Assembly (NCBI GenBank): GCA_034005105.1
Contig: JAVEVJ010000001.1
Span: forward strand, 5,954 to 69,953
Length of the DNA: 64,000 bases
Direction of reading: 5' to 3'
Source of the DNA: Acholeplasmataceae bacterium
Lineage (GTDB): Bacteria; Bacillota_I; Bacilli_A; Acholeplasmatales; Acholeplasmataceae
The notes beneath the pieces are model-generated. The model saw only the letters and a program-made list of their open reading frames with translations, ran no database searches and was not told where the DNA came from. This document shows positions 1 to 12,933 of this stretch, one piece after another (the stretch's first letter is position 1; every line of letters starts with the position of its first letter). Both the position numbers and the translations under genes were made by a program.

Positions 1-549
1 ATCATTTTTTACTTTGATAGATATTATGATTCGAGTAAATACCGTATATTGGATCTTGGAACGGGTTCTGGATGTATCGGATTAACTCTTGCTAAAGAGT
101 TATCAAACGTTGATATCATCGCGAGTGATATCAGTCAAAAAGCACTCGATATAGCTAAACAAAATAAACAAAAGCTTGATGTCGATGCAACGCTTATCTT
201 GAGTGATTTATTTGAAAATATAACGGGTAAATTTTCAGTTATCGTGTCTAATCCCCCCTATATTCCGGATGAAGAACATGTCGATGAGATCGTCAAAAAA
301 GAACCTCATGTAGCACTCTATGGAGGGAAATTAGGCATCGAGTTTTATGATAGAATCCTTTTTCAAGCAAAAGATTACTTAGAAGAAAGAGCATTGATTG
401 CCTTCGAACATGGTTACCAACAAAAACAAGCAATTCATGATTTAGCTAAAACCTATTATCCTCAGGCTAGAGTAATCCAACTCAAAGATTTAGCGGGAAA
501 AGATCGTTTTACATTCATTGGATTTGGTGGAATATTATCTTTAGAATAA
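1..549 (+). CDS. prmC: Release factor glutamine methyltransferase, 5'-truncated by the window edge
   Basis: Frame is open from base 1 (IIFYFDRYYDSSKYRILDLGTGSG). Has the LDLGTGSG SAM motif and the VSNPPY motif. Lies upstream of rpiB-upp-atp as in Firmicutes. Confidence 0.93.
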   Translation: MIFYFDRYYDSSKYRILDLGTGSGCIGLTLAKELSNVDIIASDISQKALDIAKQNKQKLDVDATLILSDLFENITGKFSVIVSNPPYIPDEEHVDEIVKKEPHVALYGGKLGIEFYDRILFQAKDYLEERALIAFEHGYQQKQAIHDLAKTYYPQARVIQLKDLAGKDRFTFIGFGGILSLE

Positions 550-575
550 ATAACCAACTATATGAAAACAAACGG

Positions 576-605
576 GACAGAAAGTTAAAACTTTCCGTCT
601 TTTTT
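576..605 (+). terminator. Intrinsic terminator after prmC
   Basis: GACAGAAAGTT/AACTTTCCGTC stem with one mismatch, followed by a T run. Confidence 0.6.
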
Positions 606-663
606 CTTATGCTTTTTATCAGAAATGATATATAATAAGAAAGGTTAGAAAAGAGGAACTTCA

Positions 664-2484
664 ATGAATATCAGAAATATCGCAATTATCGCTCACGTTG
701 ATCACGGAAAAACAACATTGGTCGATCAACTACTCAAGCAGAGTGAAACATTCGATCAGCATCAAAACTTAAATGAGCGTGCGATGGATTCCAATGATCT
801 CGAAAGAGAAAGAGGCATTACCATACTTGCAAAAAATACAGCTATTATATATAAACATACACGGATCAATATCCTAGATACACCTGGACATGCAGACTTC
901 GGTGGTGAAGTTGAGCGCATCATGTATATGGTCGATGGTGTTCTTTTACTCGTTGATGCTTATGAAGGAGTTATGCCACAGACACGCTTTGTTCTGAAGA
1001 AAGCCCTTGAAGCACATCTTCGTCCCATCGTTGTCATCAATAAAATCGATCGCAAATTTGCTGATATACAGCGTACGGTCAATGAGGTCTATGATCTCTT
1101 TATTGATCTTGGAGCGGATGATCATCAACTCAATTTTCCAGTTTTATACGCATCAGGACTACACGGTATTGCAAATTATGAACCCAAACTTGAGGATTCA
1201 AATCGGATGGATCCTATTTTAGATACCATTATCAAAGAAATACCTGCACCTAAAGTCAGACACGATCTTGCATTGCAATTTCAACCTGCCTTAATCGATT
1301 ACAATGATTACGTGGGTAGAATGGGTATTGGTAAAATTTATCAAGGAACACTTCGTGTTGGAGAAACAGTATCTTGTATTCGAATTGATCAAAGCATCGT
1401 TCAGTTTCGCATTCAAAAAATACTTCAAAGCCTTGGAATGGAAAAAAACGAGGTTGAAGAAGCATATGCAGGTGATATTGTATCAATAGCAGGACTTCCT
1501 GATATTCATGTTGGTGAGACCGTGACATCACTTGGTGATGAGATTGCACTCCCACCTCTTCATATCGATGAACCGACCGTGCAGATGACTTTCCTGACGA
1601 ATACATCTCCTTTTGCAGGTAAAGAAGGACGTTATGTCACAGCATCCAAATTAGATGATAGACTTTTTAAAGAAACACAAAAGGATGTTTCACTGAGAGT
1701 TGATCGTATACAAACTAGCGAAGCATGGACGGTATCGGGAAGAGGAGAACTTCATTTAGGAATCCTCATTGAAACGATGCGTCGTGAAGGTTTTGAATTT
1801 CAAGTATCTCGTCCCCGTGTCATCGTTAAGATCAAAGATGGTGTTAAACAGGAACCATACGAAGATGTTCAAATTGATTGTCCCTCAGAGTTTATGGGAA
1901 CCGTCATCGAAATGCTAGGTGATCGCAAAGGTGATCTCATGCACATGCACCAACACGGTGACTATGCGCGTATCCATTACATTATGCCATCAAGAGGACT
2001 CATCGGTTTTGTCACTCAATTTTTAACAGCAACAAAGGGTTATGGTATACTTTCTCACGTCTTTTTAGATTATCGTCCAATGATCAATGATTCTGTCGGC
2101 AATCGCCGTTCAGGAGCACTCGTTTCCATGAATCAAGGATATACCACCGCTTATGCTATTGGTAGACTTGAAGATAGAGGAACGATGTTTGTTGAACCAC
2201 GTGTTTCCGTTTATGAAGGCATGATTGTAGGTGAATCCAATAAGGATACAGATCTAGTGGTTAATGTGACCATGGAAAAGCAATTAACCAACATGAGAAG
2301 TGCCTCCAAGGATTCAACCGTTGTCCTCAAAACACCACGACAGATGAGTTTAGAAGCATGTCTTGCTTTTATTAACGATGATGAACTGATCGAAATCACA
2401 CCATATTCCATTCGGTTAAGAAAAGCAATACTTCGTGCGAATGAAAGAAAAAAGGCATACTATAACGAGACCCAGGAAGACTAG
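664..2484 (+). CDS. typA: Translational GTPase TypA/BipA
   Basis: [50 protein letters not shown] and C-terminal TPYSIRLRK motifs; 606 aa. Confidence 0.97.
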   Translation: MNIRNIAIIAHVDHGKTTLVDQLLKQSETFDQHQNLNERAMDSNDLERERGITILAKNTAIIYKHTRINILDTPGHADFGGEVERIMYMVDGVLLLVDAYEGVMPQTRFVLKKALEAHLRPIVVINKIDRKFADIQRTVNEVYDLFIDLGADDHQLNFPVLYASGLHGIANYEPKLEDSNRMDPILDTIIKEIPAPKVRHDLALQFQPALIDYNDYVGRMGIGKIYQGTLRVGETVSCIRIDQSIVQFRIQKILQSLGMEKNEVEEAYAGDIVSIAGLPDIHVGETVTSLGDEIALPPLHIDEPTVQMTFLTNTSPFAGKEGRYVTASKLDDRLFKETQKDVSLRVDRIQTSEAWTVSGRGELHLGILIETMRREGFEFQVSRPRVIVKIKDGVKQEPYEDVQIDCPSEFMGTVIEMLGDRKGDLMHMHQHGDYARIHYIMPSRGLIGFVTQFLTATKGYGILSHVFLDYRPMINDSVGNRRSGALVSMNQGYTTAYAIGRLEDRGTMFVEPRVSVYEGMIVGESNKDTDLVVNVTMEKQLTNMRSASKDSTVVLKTPRQMSLEACLAFINDDELIEITPYSIRLRKAILRANERKKAYYNETQED

Positions 2485-2495
2485 GTCTCGTTTTT
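2464..2495 (+). terminator. Intrinsic terminator overlapping the typA stop codon
   Basis: AACGAGACC/GGTCTCGTT 9-bp stem plus T run. Confidence 0.75.
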
Positions 2496-2534
2496 GCGAT
2501 ATTATAGTATTTTACTATAAAGCGCATTGAATTA

Positions 2535-2543
2535 TGTTATAAT
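2535..2543 (+). promoter_or_regulatory. Extended -10 promoter element for rpiB-upp-atp
   Basis: TGtTATAAT about 30 nt before the AAAGGAGGG RBS and rpiB ATG. Confidence 0.65.
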
Positions 2544-2573
2544 ATCTAATAGGTCAATTAAAGGAGGGTTCAT

Positions 2574-3014
2574 ATGAAAGTGGCAATCGGTAGCGATCAT
2601 GCGGGTTATGTGTTAAAAGAAAAAATTAAAACATATCTCAACAACAAGCAGATAGAAGTCATCGATTTTGGCACACATTCTGATGCATCCGTTGATTATC
2701 CTGATTATGGAGAAAAAGTTGGGAAAGCGATTGTTGGCGGTGGTTATGATTTTGGTATCATTTTATGTGGAACAGGTATCGGAATCAGTATTTCTGCAAA
2801 CAAGGTAAAAGGCGTACGAGCAGCATTAGTCTATAATGATGAAACCGCACGACTTGCTAAAGAACATAATAACGCAAACATCATTGCCTTAGGTGGACGT
2901 ACGACCTCCATCGAACAAGCCATTTCAATCATCAACACCTTTATGACAGCGACCTTTGAACCAAGACATCAAAAACGTCTTGACAAAATCACACATTTAG
3001 AGGGGAATGAGTAG
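2574..3014 (+). CDS. rpiB: Ribose-5-phosphate isomerase B
   Basis: [27 protein letters not shown] and HNNANI motifs; directly upstream of upp. Confidence 0.95.
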   Translation: MKVAIGSDHAGYVLKEKIKTYLNNKQIEVIDFGTHSDASVDYPDYGEKVGKAIVGGGYDFGIILCGTGIGISISANKVKGVRAALVYNDETARLAKEHNNANIIALGGRTTSIEQAISIINTFMTATFEPRHQKRLDKITHLEGNE

Positions 3015-3016
3015 AA

Positions 3017-3643
3017 ATGAGCAAAGTAGTGATTCTTAATCATCCATTGATCAACCATAAAATGGCAAAGATCAGGGACAAACGAACGGGAACAAAAGAG
3101 TTTAGAGAAAGTGTCTCCGAAGTAGGTGGTTTGATTACCTATGAGATTACACGTGATTTACCAACGCGTAAAATAACCGTAGACACACCGATTTGTCCAA
3201 CCGAAGCATATGAGCTTGAAAAGCAAGTTGTTATCGTACCCATCCTTAGAGCAGGACTCGGAATGGTTGAAGGTATCCATAACATGATTCCGACAGCAAA
3301 AATCGGACATGTTGGACTCTACCGTGATGAAGAAACACTACAACCTCAGGTTTACTATCAAAAATTTCCCAAAGATATCATCGGTGGCGTTGTGTTAGTT
3401 GTTGATCCGATGCTAGCAACAGCGGGTTCAGCTTGCAAAGCTATTGAAATACTCAAAGCTAATGGAGCAACCGATATTCGCTATGTAGGATTAGTGGGTT
3501 GTCCAGAAGGAATTACCCGCTTACAAAATGAACATCCCGATGTACCTATCTATCTTGCTGCATTGGATTCACATCTAAACGAGAACGGATATATTGTACC
3601 TGGTCTTGGAGATTGTGGGGATCGTTTATTTGGAACAAAATAA
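3017..3643 (+). CDS. upp: Uracil phosphoribosyltransferase
   Basis: [21 protein letters not shown] and [16 protein letters not shown] motifs. Confidence 0.97.
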   Translation: MSKVVILNHPLINHKMAKIRDKRTGTKEFRESVSEVGGLITYEITRDLPTRKITVDTPICPTEAYELEKQVVIVPILRAGLGMVEGIHNMIPTAKIGHVGLYRDEETLQPQVYYQKFPKDIIGGVVLVVDPMLATAGSACKAIEILKANGATDIRYVGLVGCPEGITRLQNEHPDVPIYLAALDSHLNENGYIVPGLGDCGDRLFGTK

Positions 3644-3668
3644 GTTAAAAAAAGCAAAACGAATATTT

Positions 3669-3878
3669 ATGAATTATATGATGGTCATGCAGTTTATTGT
3701 CACTGCTATTGCTTTAGCACTGTTTGGCTATTATCTTGGCAACCGTATCAATAAGGAATCAAATCTATCAACAGTACTCACAGCAGTGGGTTTAGGTTTA
3801 GGTGTCATGATTGGATTTATTACGGTGATCTATATGATAAAAAGTGAGGAACGTTATGAAAGAAGTACACGTCATTAG
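3669..3878 (+). CDS. AtpZ/AtpI-family small membrane protein (2 TM)
   Basis: Probable start at internal ATG 3669. Two hydrophobic segments with G-x-x-L-G pattern. First gene of the atp cluster. Confidence 0.6.
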   Translation: MNYMMVMQFIVTAIALALFGYYLGNRINKESNLSTVLTAVGLGLGVMIGFITVIYMIKSEERYERSTRH

Positions 3879-4269
3879 CATCATTGGTTTAATCTATGCA
3901 GTTCTTTTAGCCTTAGTCACTTTTATCTTCTTTAGAACCTATACGCTATGGGCAGTTTTAGGATCTGCAACCGCACTTTTCAATCATAGTCTGATGATTC
4001 AAGCGACCACTAAAGGTAAGTTTTCAACACAACGCTATGTGTTTATGCTCATGCTTAGATACATCTTCTATCTGGTGATTATCGCTTATACTTATTTTGA
4101 AACTAAAGATATACCGGGTAACCATATGATCTATGCTTACGTATTTCTTCTGCTCGGTATTTTTTCACTCAAAATAGGTATCTTTATCTATCACACACCT
4201 CTGATTAAAAAGCCTGTAGAGACAAAAAAGGAGGAAGCTAAAGATGCAGATGATACTAAACTATCTTAA
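3856..4269 (+). CDS. atpI: ATP synthase accessory protein I (4 TM)
   Basis: Hydrophobic protein of about 137 aa with LRYIFY motif, immediately before atpB; start taken at ATG 3856. Confidence 0.7.
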   Translation: MKEVHVISIIGLIYAVLLALVTFIFFRTYTLWAVLGSATALFNHSLMIQATTKGKFSTQRYVFMLMLRYIFYLVIIAYTYFETKDIPGNHMIYAYVFLLLGIFSLKIGIFIYHTPLIKKPVETKKEEAKDADDTKLS

Positions 4270-4918
4270 AAATCTTCCTGTCTACTTTTTAACATCACTT
4301 GGTATTATGACCGCAATCGCAGTTTTCGCTGTGATCATGGGACATTCCATTGAAAAAATGGATGTCAAACAGCGACCTAACAGGCTTCAGACACTCGTTA
4401 TTGTAGGTATTTCCGGATTTAATAATTTTGTGAAAGCTTATGTAGGTAAACACTGGAGATACGTGACACCTTTTGCACTGACAATGGCACTCTATGTGTT
4501 TCTATCCAATATATCTGGATTAGTTGCTCTTGATGCACCTACCAAGTATACTGCAATCACGTTTTCTATGTCCATTGTTGCCTTTTACGTTGTTCAATCG
4601 ACGGGTATCGTCAGTCAAGGTTGGAGACATTTTCTAGGTATCTTTAAACCATTAGCACCGATGGCACCACTCAATATTGTGAGCGATATCGTACCGATTT
4701 TATCCATGGCACTTCGTTTATTTGGAAACATCGCAAGTGGAGCACTCCTCTTGACTTTAATCTACCGGTTAACTGGATGGGCATCCATCGTCGTAGCACC
4801 CGCTTTTCATGTCATCTTTGACATTGGATTTGGTCTGATTCAGACACTTGTTATTGTTCTACTCACCATCATCTTCGCTTCCATGAAATGTGATGAAGCG
4901 GATTTTGATACAGTATAA
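4244..4918 (+). CDS. atpB: F0 subunit a
   Basis: SMALRLFGNIASG with the conserved Arg; operon position. Confidence 0.92.
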   Translation: MQMILNYLKNLPVYFLTSLGIMTAIAVFAVIMGHSIEKMDVKQRPNRLQTLVIVGISGFNNFVKAYVGKHWRYVTPFALTMALYVFLSNISGLVALDAPTKYTAITFSMSIVAFYVVQSTGIVSQGWRHFLGIFKPLAPMAPLNIVSDIVPILSMALRLFGNIASGALLLTLIYRLTGWASIVVAPAFHVIFDIGFGLIQTLVIVLLTIIFASMKCDEADFDTV

Positions 4919-4939
4919 ATAAAAAAAGGAGAATATAAG

Positions 4940-5221
4940 ATGTTACAAACATTACTCGAGTTTATCCCCCGCATTCTAGAAGTTGTCCCCAATGAGTTTT
5001 ATCGTAGTGGACTCGCTTACATTGGAGCAGGTATTGCCGTATTCACAGGATTTGGTACCGCAATCGGTCAAGGTATTGCTGCATCCAAAGGTGTTGAAGC
5101 TGTCGGTAGACAACCTGAAGCATCTGGTAAAATTACAGTCACCATGCTCATTGGTCAAGCAGTTGCAGAAACCACAGGGATTTACGGTTTGATCATTGCA
5201 TTTATCTTAACCTCAAAATAA
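4940..5221 (+). CDS. atpE: F0 subunit c, Na+-binding signature
   Basis: GxGxGxG helix, RQPE loop, GQG and AETTGIY. Confidence 0.95.
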   Translation: MLQTLLEFIPRILEVVPNEFYRSGLAYIGAGIAVFTGFGTAIGQGIAASKGVEAVGRQPEASGKITVTMLIGQAVAETTGIYGLIIAFILTSK

Positions 5222-5230
5222 AAGAAGGAT

Positions 5231-5779
5231 TTGATCTTAGTGAACTTAACAGAAATATTTGATGAGGTAGTTGGTGCGATTGAAGACGGTTTGAATTCTG
5301 TTTTTAATCGTCCTGACATCGTCTTACTCAATATTCTTGCTTTTATCGTTTTGTTAATTGTTATCAGACGCTTTTTTTGGGGCAAAATAACTGCTTTTAT
5401 CGACAAAAGACAACAAGCTATGATGGAAGCGATGGAAGCTGCTGAAAAAGAAAGAGCACGCGCTTTAGAAATCCAAGCAAAAGCTTCAGAAGATTATGAA
5501 GCGATGAAGGATGAAACAAAGCAGCTCAAAGAACGTTTGACACAAGAAGCTTATCAACAGCAAGAACAACTCATTGATCAAGCGAAACAAGAAGCAAAAC
5601 GAAGACTTGAACAGGTTGAAAAGGATATCGCCTTTGAAATCGAGCAAGCAAATGAAGCCATAAAGGAATCGATTAAGTCGGTTGCTTTTGCAGCTGCAGA
5701 AAAAATCGTGAAACGAGAAATTGATGAATCTGTTCATCAGGATATCATTGAAGAAATTATCCGGGAGAACACCAAATAA
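5231..5779 (+). CDS. atpF: F0 subunit b
   Basis: Single TM followed by a charged coiled coil; operon position; start uncertain (TTG 5231 or GTG 5240). Confidence 0.88.
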   Translation: MILVNLTEIFDEVVGAIEDGLNSVFNRPDIVLLNILAFIVLLIVIRRFFWGKITAFIDKRQQAMMEAMEAAEKERARALEIQAKASEDYEAMKDETKQLKERLTQEAYQQQEQLIDQAKQEAKRRLEQVEKDIAFEIEQANEAIKESIKSVAFAAAEKIVKREIDESVHQDIIEEIIRENTK

Positions 5780-6291
5780 TGCGCACAAGTAACCATGCTA
5801 AAGCGCTTTTTGATCTTGCTAAAGAAAGCGAAAAAGTTGATCTGATTCACTATCAGTTTGAGTCACTCATCGAGCAACTCAAAACAAATCATGCTTGGAT
5901 TGATATGATGGATTCTCCCATGGTTTCTTTTTCAAAGAAAAAAAAGAATATCGATAGCATCTCCTATGATGCACTCTTTTTGTCATTTCTCAAAATGCTT
6001 GCCGAAAAAAATCAAATGCAGGTACTCTTTGATATTTTCTCCGAGTGGAAATTAAAGGTAAGAGCCCATTTGAAAATTGCACATGTCAATGTGATATCAG
6101 CTAAACCTATCTCTAAGGAAACACAAGAAAAAATATTGAAAGCCATTCAACCCACGTTTCCTAACCAAAGTGTCTCACTGCACATGCATGTTGATAAAAC
6201 ATTAATTGGTGGTCTTAAAGTGGTCTATCAAGGACAAGCACTCGACCGATCAGTTGCACGTGAGCTCGAAGAACTCTATATGATGATATAA
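5779..6291 (+). CDS. atpH: F1 delta subunit
   Basis: AKALF N-terminus, VDKTLIGGLKV C-terminal motif; operon position. Confidence 0.88.
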   Translation: MRTSNHAKALFDLAKESEKVDLIHYQFESLIEQLKTNHAWIDMMDSPMVSFSKKKKNIDSISYDALFLSFLKMLAEKNQMQVLFDIFSEWKLKVRAHLKIAHVNVISAKPISKETQEKILKAIQPTFPNQSVSLHMHVDKTLIGGLKVVYQGQALDRSVARELEELYMMI

Positions 6292-6303
6292 GGCGGTGAA
6301 CAC

Positions 6304-7808
6304 ATGTCAAAAATTAAAGTCAATGAAATGACTGAAATCATTAAAAAGCAAATACAGTCTTATGAACAAGACGTTAAATTAGAAAATATTGGAAAAGTCC
6401 TTTCCGTTGGAGATGGTATCGCGATTGTCTACGGTCTTCAACAAGCAATGATGGGAGAATTACTTGAGTTTCCACATCATGTTAAAGGATTAGTCTTTAA
6501 CCTTGAAGAACACAGCGTAGGTGTTATCTTACTAGGTAACAGCGAACTGATCAAGGAAGGCGATACCGTTAAGACAACAAAGCGCATTTTTGAAGTCCCT
6601 GTCGGTGAAGCACTACTCGGTCGAGTGGTCAATCCACTAGGAGAACCTTTGGATGCGAAGGGATCTATTGAAACCAATCACTATTTACCCGTTGAACGCA
6701 AAGCTCAAGGTGTTATGCAACGTGGATCGATTAACCAGTCGATGGAAACAGGTATTAAAGTAATCGATGCATTAGTACCTATTGGACGTGGTCAAAGAGA
6801 ACTCATTATTGGCGATAGACAAACCGGCAAAACAACACTTGCTGTTGATACTATTCTGAATCAAAAAGGTAAAAATACCATTTGTATCTATGTAGCTATT
6901 GGGCAAAAGGAGTCATCTGTGACCTCTTTGGTCCAATTGTTTCATCAACATCAAGCAATGGATTATACCATTGTCGTATCAGCCGGTGCTTCCAAAGAAG
7001 GAACACTACTTTATCTTGCTCCTTTCGCTGGTGTCACCATGGGTGAATATTTTATGGAACAGGGCAAGGATGTCTTGATCGTCTATGATGATCTATCGAA
7101 ACACGCTGTGGCCTATCGTGAATTATCACTCTTGCTGCGTCGTCCACCAGGAAGAGAAGCTTATCCTGGAGATGTCTTTTATCTTCACTCAAGATTACTT
7201 GAACGCTCCGCACGTCTCAATGACAAACTCGGTGGTGGTTCAATCACCGCTCTACCTATTATTGAAACCAAAGCAGGTGATATTTCAGCCTACATATCAA
7301 CCAACGTCATATCGATTACCGATGGTCAAATTTTCCTTGAAGCTGAACTCTTTTATTCAGGTATAAGACCAGCGATCAATGCGGGGTTATCCGTATCGCG
7401 TGTCGGTGGTGCTGCACAGTGGAAAGGTATGAAAAAAGCTGCAGGTACACTGCGCATCAATCTTGCGAATTATCGCGAGCTTGAATCGTTTGCTCAATTT
7501 GGTTCAGATCTCGATCCAAGTGCTAAAAAGAGACTTGAACGAGGTAGAAAAACCGTTGAACTCCTCAAACAGGATGTACATGAGCTCGTCAATATGCCCA
7601 CACAGATTGTCACCATCTATGCACTAAGTGAAGGGTTTATGGATGATATTTCAGTCGAACAGGTTAAACCGCTTGAAGATGAGATCAATCAAGGACTACG
7701 TATCAATGATTTAGGTAAAAAGATTCATAAACATTTGATGGAAACAAAGACACTTCCAGATCCTAAGGATCTTGAACAGTTTATTCATAGTCTTAAGAGG
7801 TTAATCTA

Positions 7809-7809
<1 letters not shown>
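6304..7809 (+). CDS. atpA: F1 alpha subunit
   Basis: [40 protein letters not shown]. Confidence 0.98.
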
Positions 7810-10425
<2,616 letters not shown>

Positions 10426-10436
10426 GGAGGTATTGG

Positions 10437-10646
10437 ATGGACGAACTCATCTATTTCGTATCCCTGATTGTCTTCTTTGCGATATCACTTCGTATTTTAA
10501 GGGCTATTCATATTGAAAATAAGTTTGAGAAATTCAAGATGTGGGAAATTAAAACAGCGTATTTTCTACTCGCGCTACTCTCTGCACATTTACTTGCAGA
10601 AGTGATGGTCAAACTTTCACAGCTGTTGACAGGTTATTTTAATTAG
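10437..10646 (+). CDS. Small membrane protein, YwzB/DUF1146-like
   Basis: 69 aa, 2 TM. YwzB-like genes commonly follow atpC in Firmicutes. AAGGAGG RBS. Confidence 0.6.
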   Translation: MDELIYFVSLIVFFAISLRILRAIHIENKFEKFKMWEIKTAYFLLALLSAHLLAEVMVKLSQLLTGYFN

Positions 10647-10668
10647 CATAGGAGACTATGCTTTTTTT
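10645..10668 (+). terminator. Intrinsic terminator of the atp operon
   Basis: AGCATAG-GAGA-CTATGCT hairpin plus T run. Confidence 0.75.
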
Positions 10669-10679
10669 ATTAAAAAAGA

Positions 10680-11294
10680 CTACGCATCAAGCTGCAGTAG
10701 TCTTTGATCTTTCGATTGAATAGCGATTAAGAGATGTTTGATATCATCGATATCAGGTACTTCAGGAAGTAAGGAGACTGTGTAGGTGATCAGATCAGTA
10801 AAAGATTTCTCAAGTATGGTTGCTCGATTATTGAGAAAATGATCGATCGTATCCATATGACTATAAGCAAATGTGATTTCATATACGGGAACAAGAACTT
10901 TATAATAAAACGATGCCAACTTTAACGCTTCTGAACACGCTTTAGTATAAGCTCTCACCAAACCACCAGCACCTAATTTGATACCTCCAAAATAGCGAAC
11001 AACAATGCAGATAATCTCAGTGACATCGTGATGTTTCAAGACTTCCAAAATGGGAACACCTGCTGTTCTTGAGGGTTCACCATCATCGCTTGCAGTCTGT
11101 TGTTCCATCGAATCACCAAAAAGTGAAGCGCTGCAATAGTGATTCGCTTTCGGATATCTCTTTCTCGCATCACTGAATGCAGCATCCATATCGGATGATT
11201 CGTGATAGGGATAAAGTATCGCTATAAAAGTCGATTTATTGATTTCATAGGTATATTCTACTTTGGATTTTAGATAACGCACTTTCATCACCAT
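10680..11294 (-). CDS. YigZ/IMPACT family protein
   Basis: INKSTFI, ANHYCSA, SDDGEPSRTAG, VVRYFGGIKLGAGGLVRAY. Confidence 0.92.
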   Translation of the reverse strand: MVMKVRYLKSKVEYTYEINKSTFIAILYPYHESSDMDAAFSDARKRYPKANHYCSASLFGDSMEQQTASDDGEPSRTAGVPILEVLKHHDVTEIICIVVRYFGGIKLGAGGLVRAYTKACSEALKLASFYYKVLVPVYEITFAYSHMDTIDHFLNNRATILEKSFTDLITYTVSLLPEVPDIDDIKHLLIAIQSKDQRLLQLDA

Positions 11295-11448
11295 TTGTAG
11301 TATAGCATATTTACATCGTTTCTATTTTGTGATAGCATATAAATGCTATGTACAAGGCGAACCTCATAGAGAAAACAGACTTTTTTTGATGCTTTTTAGT
11401 AAACGATAAAAAATATCTAAGAAACACACGAAATGACGGGGGGAAAAG

Positions 11449-12300
11449 ATGAAACGTTTGGTTATCGATACATCAACAGGTGGTCTAGACTATTACCCAT
11501 TTGATCATCATGTGAAAATGATTCGTATTAAAATCTTCATGAATGATAAAGTTTATCAAGATGGATTGGATCTTAAAGCTGACCAATTTTATGCACTACT
11601 TAGAGAACAACCAAGTCTTGTACCCAAGACAAGTCAACCTTCGGTGGGTGAAATCATCTCGTTCTTTGAAACGCTTTATGAAGAGGGTTATGGATCGTTT
11701 TTTGTTACAACGATAGCTTCTGTGTTATCAGGAACATATAATGCTTTAAAACTAGCGGCAGATGAACTTAAAGATCGCATGGAGATTCGAGTATTTGATA
11801 CAAAGACAGTCTGTTTTTCAGAAGGACTCTTTGCACTGGAAGCTGATAAACTTCTTCAAAAGGGTAAATCCTTTGATGAAATTGAAAAGCATCTGAGTGA
11901 TATGAGACAGAAAAACACCATCTTTTTCGCTGTTGATTCATTAACACATCTTGTCAATAACGGAAGACTCAGTGGTGCACAAGCATTTGTTGGGAAGCTA
12001 CTCAAGATAAAACCGATATTACAAGTTCAAGAATCCGGTCATATCGTCTCAATCGAAAAAATAAGAACCATTAAACATGCGCTATCTTCGATAGCAAGTA
12101 AGGTGAGTGCTTATGCAAACGGACGTCCTTTCGATGCCTATATCCTCTATACAGGCAATCCTAAATTAAGAGACTATTTTGTTGAAACACTGCGCGAGGA
12201 ACTTGGATTAGAAAATCTTTATGAAGCTCCATCGACACCGGTTGTTGGAGCGCATATTGGACCTGATGTTATCGGTGTGGGTATCTTTATAAAAGAATAA
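11449..12300 (+). CDS. DegV family fatty-acid-binding protein (FakB-like)
   Basis: IDTST, PKTSQPS, LSGTYN, FDTK, LVNNGR and VVGAHIGP motifs. Confidence 0.92.
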   Translation: MKRLVIDTSTGGLDYYPFDHHVKMIRIKIFMNDKVYQDGLDLKADQFYALLREQPSLVPKTSQPSVGEIISFFETLYEEGYGSFFVTTIASVLSGTYNALKLAADELKDRMEIRVFDTKTVCFSEGLFALEADKLLQKGKSFDEIEKHLSDMRQKNTIFFAVDSLTHLVNNGRLSGAQAFVGKLLKIKPILQVQESGHIVSIEKIRTIKHALSSIASKVSAYANGRPFDAYILYTGNPKLRDYFVETLREELGLENLYEAPSTPVVGAHIGPDVIGVGIFIKE

Positions 12301-12330
12301 AAAAATGGCCATCCAAGGCCATTTTATTTT
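12301..12330. terminator. Bidirectional terminator between convergent degV and DHFR-like genes
   Basis: AAAATGGCC/GGCCATTTT stem with A/T flanks. Confidence 0.7.
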
Positions 12331-12836
12331 GTGTATGTTGCTAGAATGAGTCCACCTTCATGTTCAACATTAGTGAGTGTAAACTTTTTATGAATACCAT
12401 TAAATAGTGGAATGCCATCACCTAAAATAACGGGGATGTATGCTAACACAATCTCATCTATTAGATCACTTTTTAACATGGACTGTACCAGTTTTCCTCC
12501 ACCAACAAGCCAAATATCTTTCCCTTGTTCATGGTTGAGCCGGTTGATTATCTCTTTTGGAGTCTCTTGCGTTAGGGTTGCATAAGAAGAGGCCATCGGT
12601 TTTGATGTCAAAACATAACTTTGATATCCCGTATAGGGCCATTCACTCATCGATAAGATCCAATCATACGTGCGTCTACCCATGATGATCGTATCAATTG
12701 AATCCATCAATGCTGCATAGGAGGATTGTACTAAACTTAGATGATCAAAACCATCTAAAAAGGAGAGATCATCACCTTTACCAGCAATATAACCATCCAT
12801 ACTCATCGCGATATATAAAATCACCTTTCTCATCAT
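12324..12836 (-). CDS. Dihydrofolate reductase-like (RibD C-terminal family) protein
   Basis: YIAMSMDGYIA, IIMGRRTY, DIWLVGGGKL, LIDEI, PVILGDGIPLF; start at ATG 12836 or 12833. Confidence 0.85.
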   Translation of the reverse strand: MMRKVILYIAMSMDGYIAGKGDDLSFLDGFDHLSLVQSSYAALMDSIDTIIMGRRTYDWILSMSEWPYTGYQSYVLTSKPMASSYATLTQETPKEIINRLNHEQGKDIWLVGGGKLVQSMLKSDLIDEIVLAYIPVILGDGIPLFNGIHKKFTLTNVEHEGGLILATYTK

Positions 12837-12909
12837 TTCACCTCGCAAGATAGACTATCACAATTTTTTATTGAACTCAATGATTACGCCCATCAAAACA
12901 CCAATTTCA

Positions 12910-12918
12910 TGATATAAT
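12910..12918 (+). promoter_or_regulatory. Extended -10 element for cca-yhaM
   Basis: TGaTATAAT; supports a cca start at 12934 rather than 12919. Confidence 0.55.
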
Positions 12919-12933
12919 ATGTACGGTGAAAAA

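Noticed and set aside
2574-3014. RpiB as the DhuI-type uronate isomerase for the GH105 locus
   Set aside because: It has canonical RpiB motifs and the conserved rpiB-upp position, more than 20 kb from the locus.
3594-3668. Longer ORF-track starts (3594, 12919, 18054, 23016, 24502, 30667, 38763, 40942, 43167, 51351)
   Set aside because: They overlap upstream genes or promoters. Downstream ATGs have properly spaced RBSs and match family N-termini.
11332-11349. ATAGCAT-N4-ATGCTAT palindrome in the yigZ/degV spacer
   Set aside because: Explained by back-to-back TGCTAT extended -10-like words of divergent promoters; does not match a Rex box.
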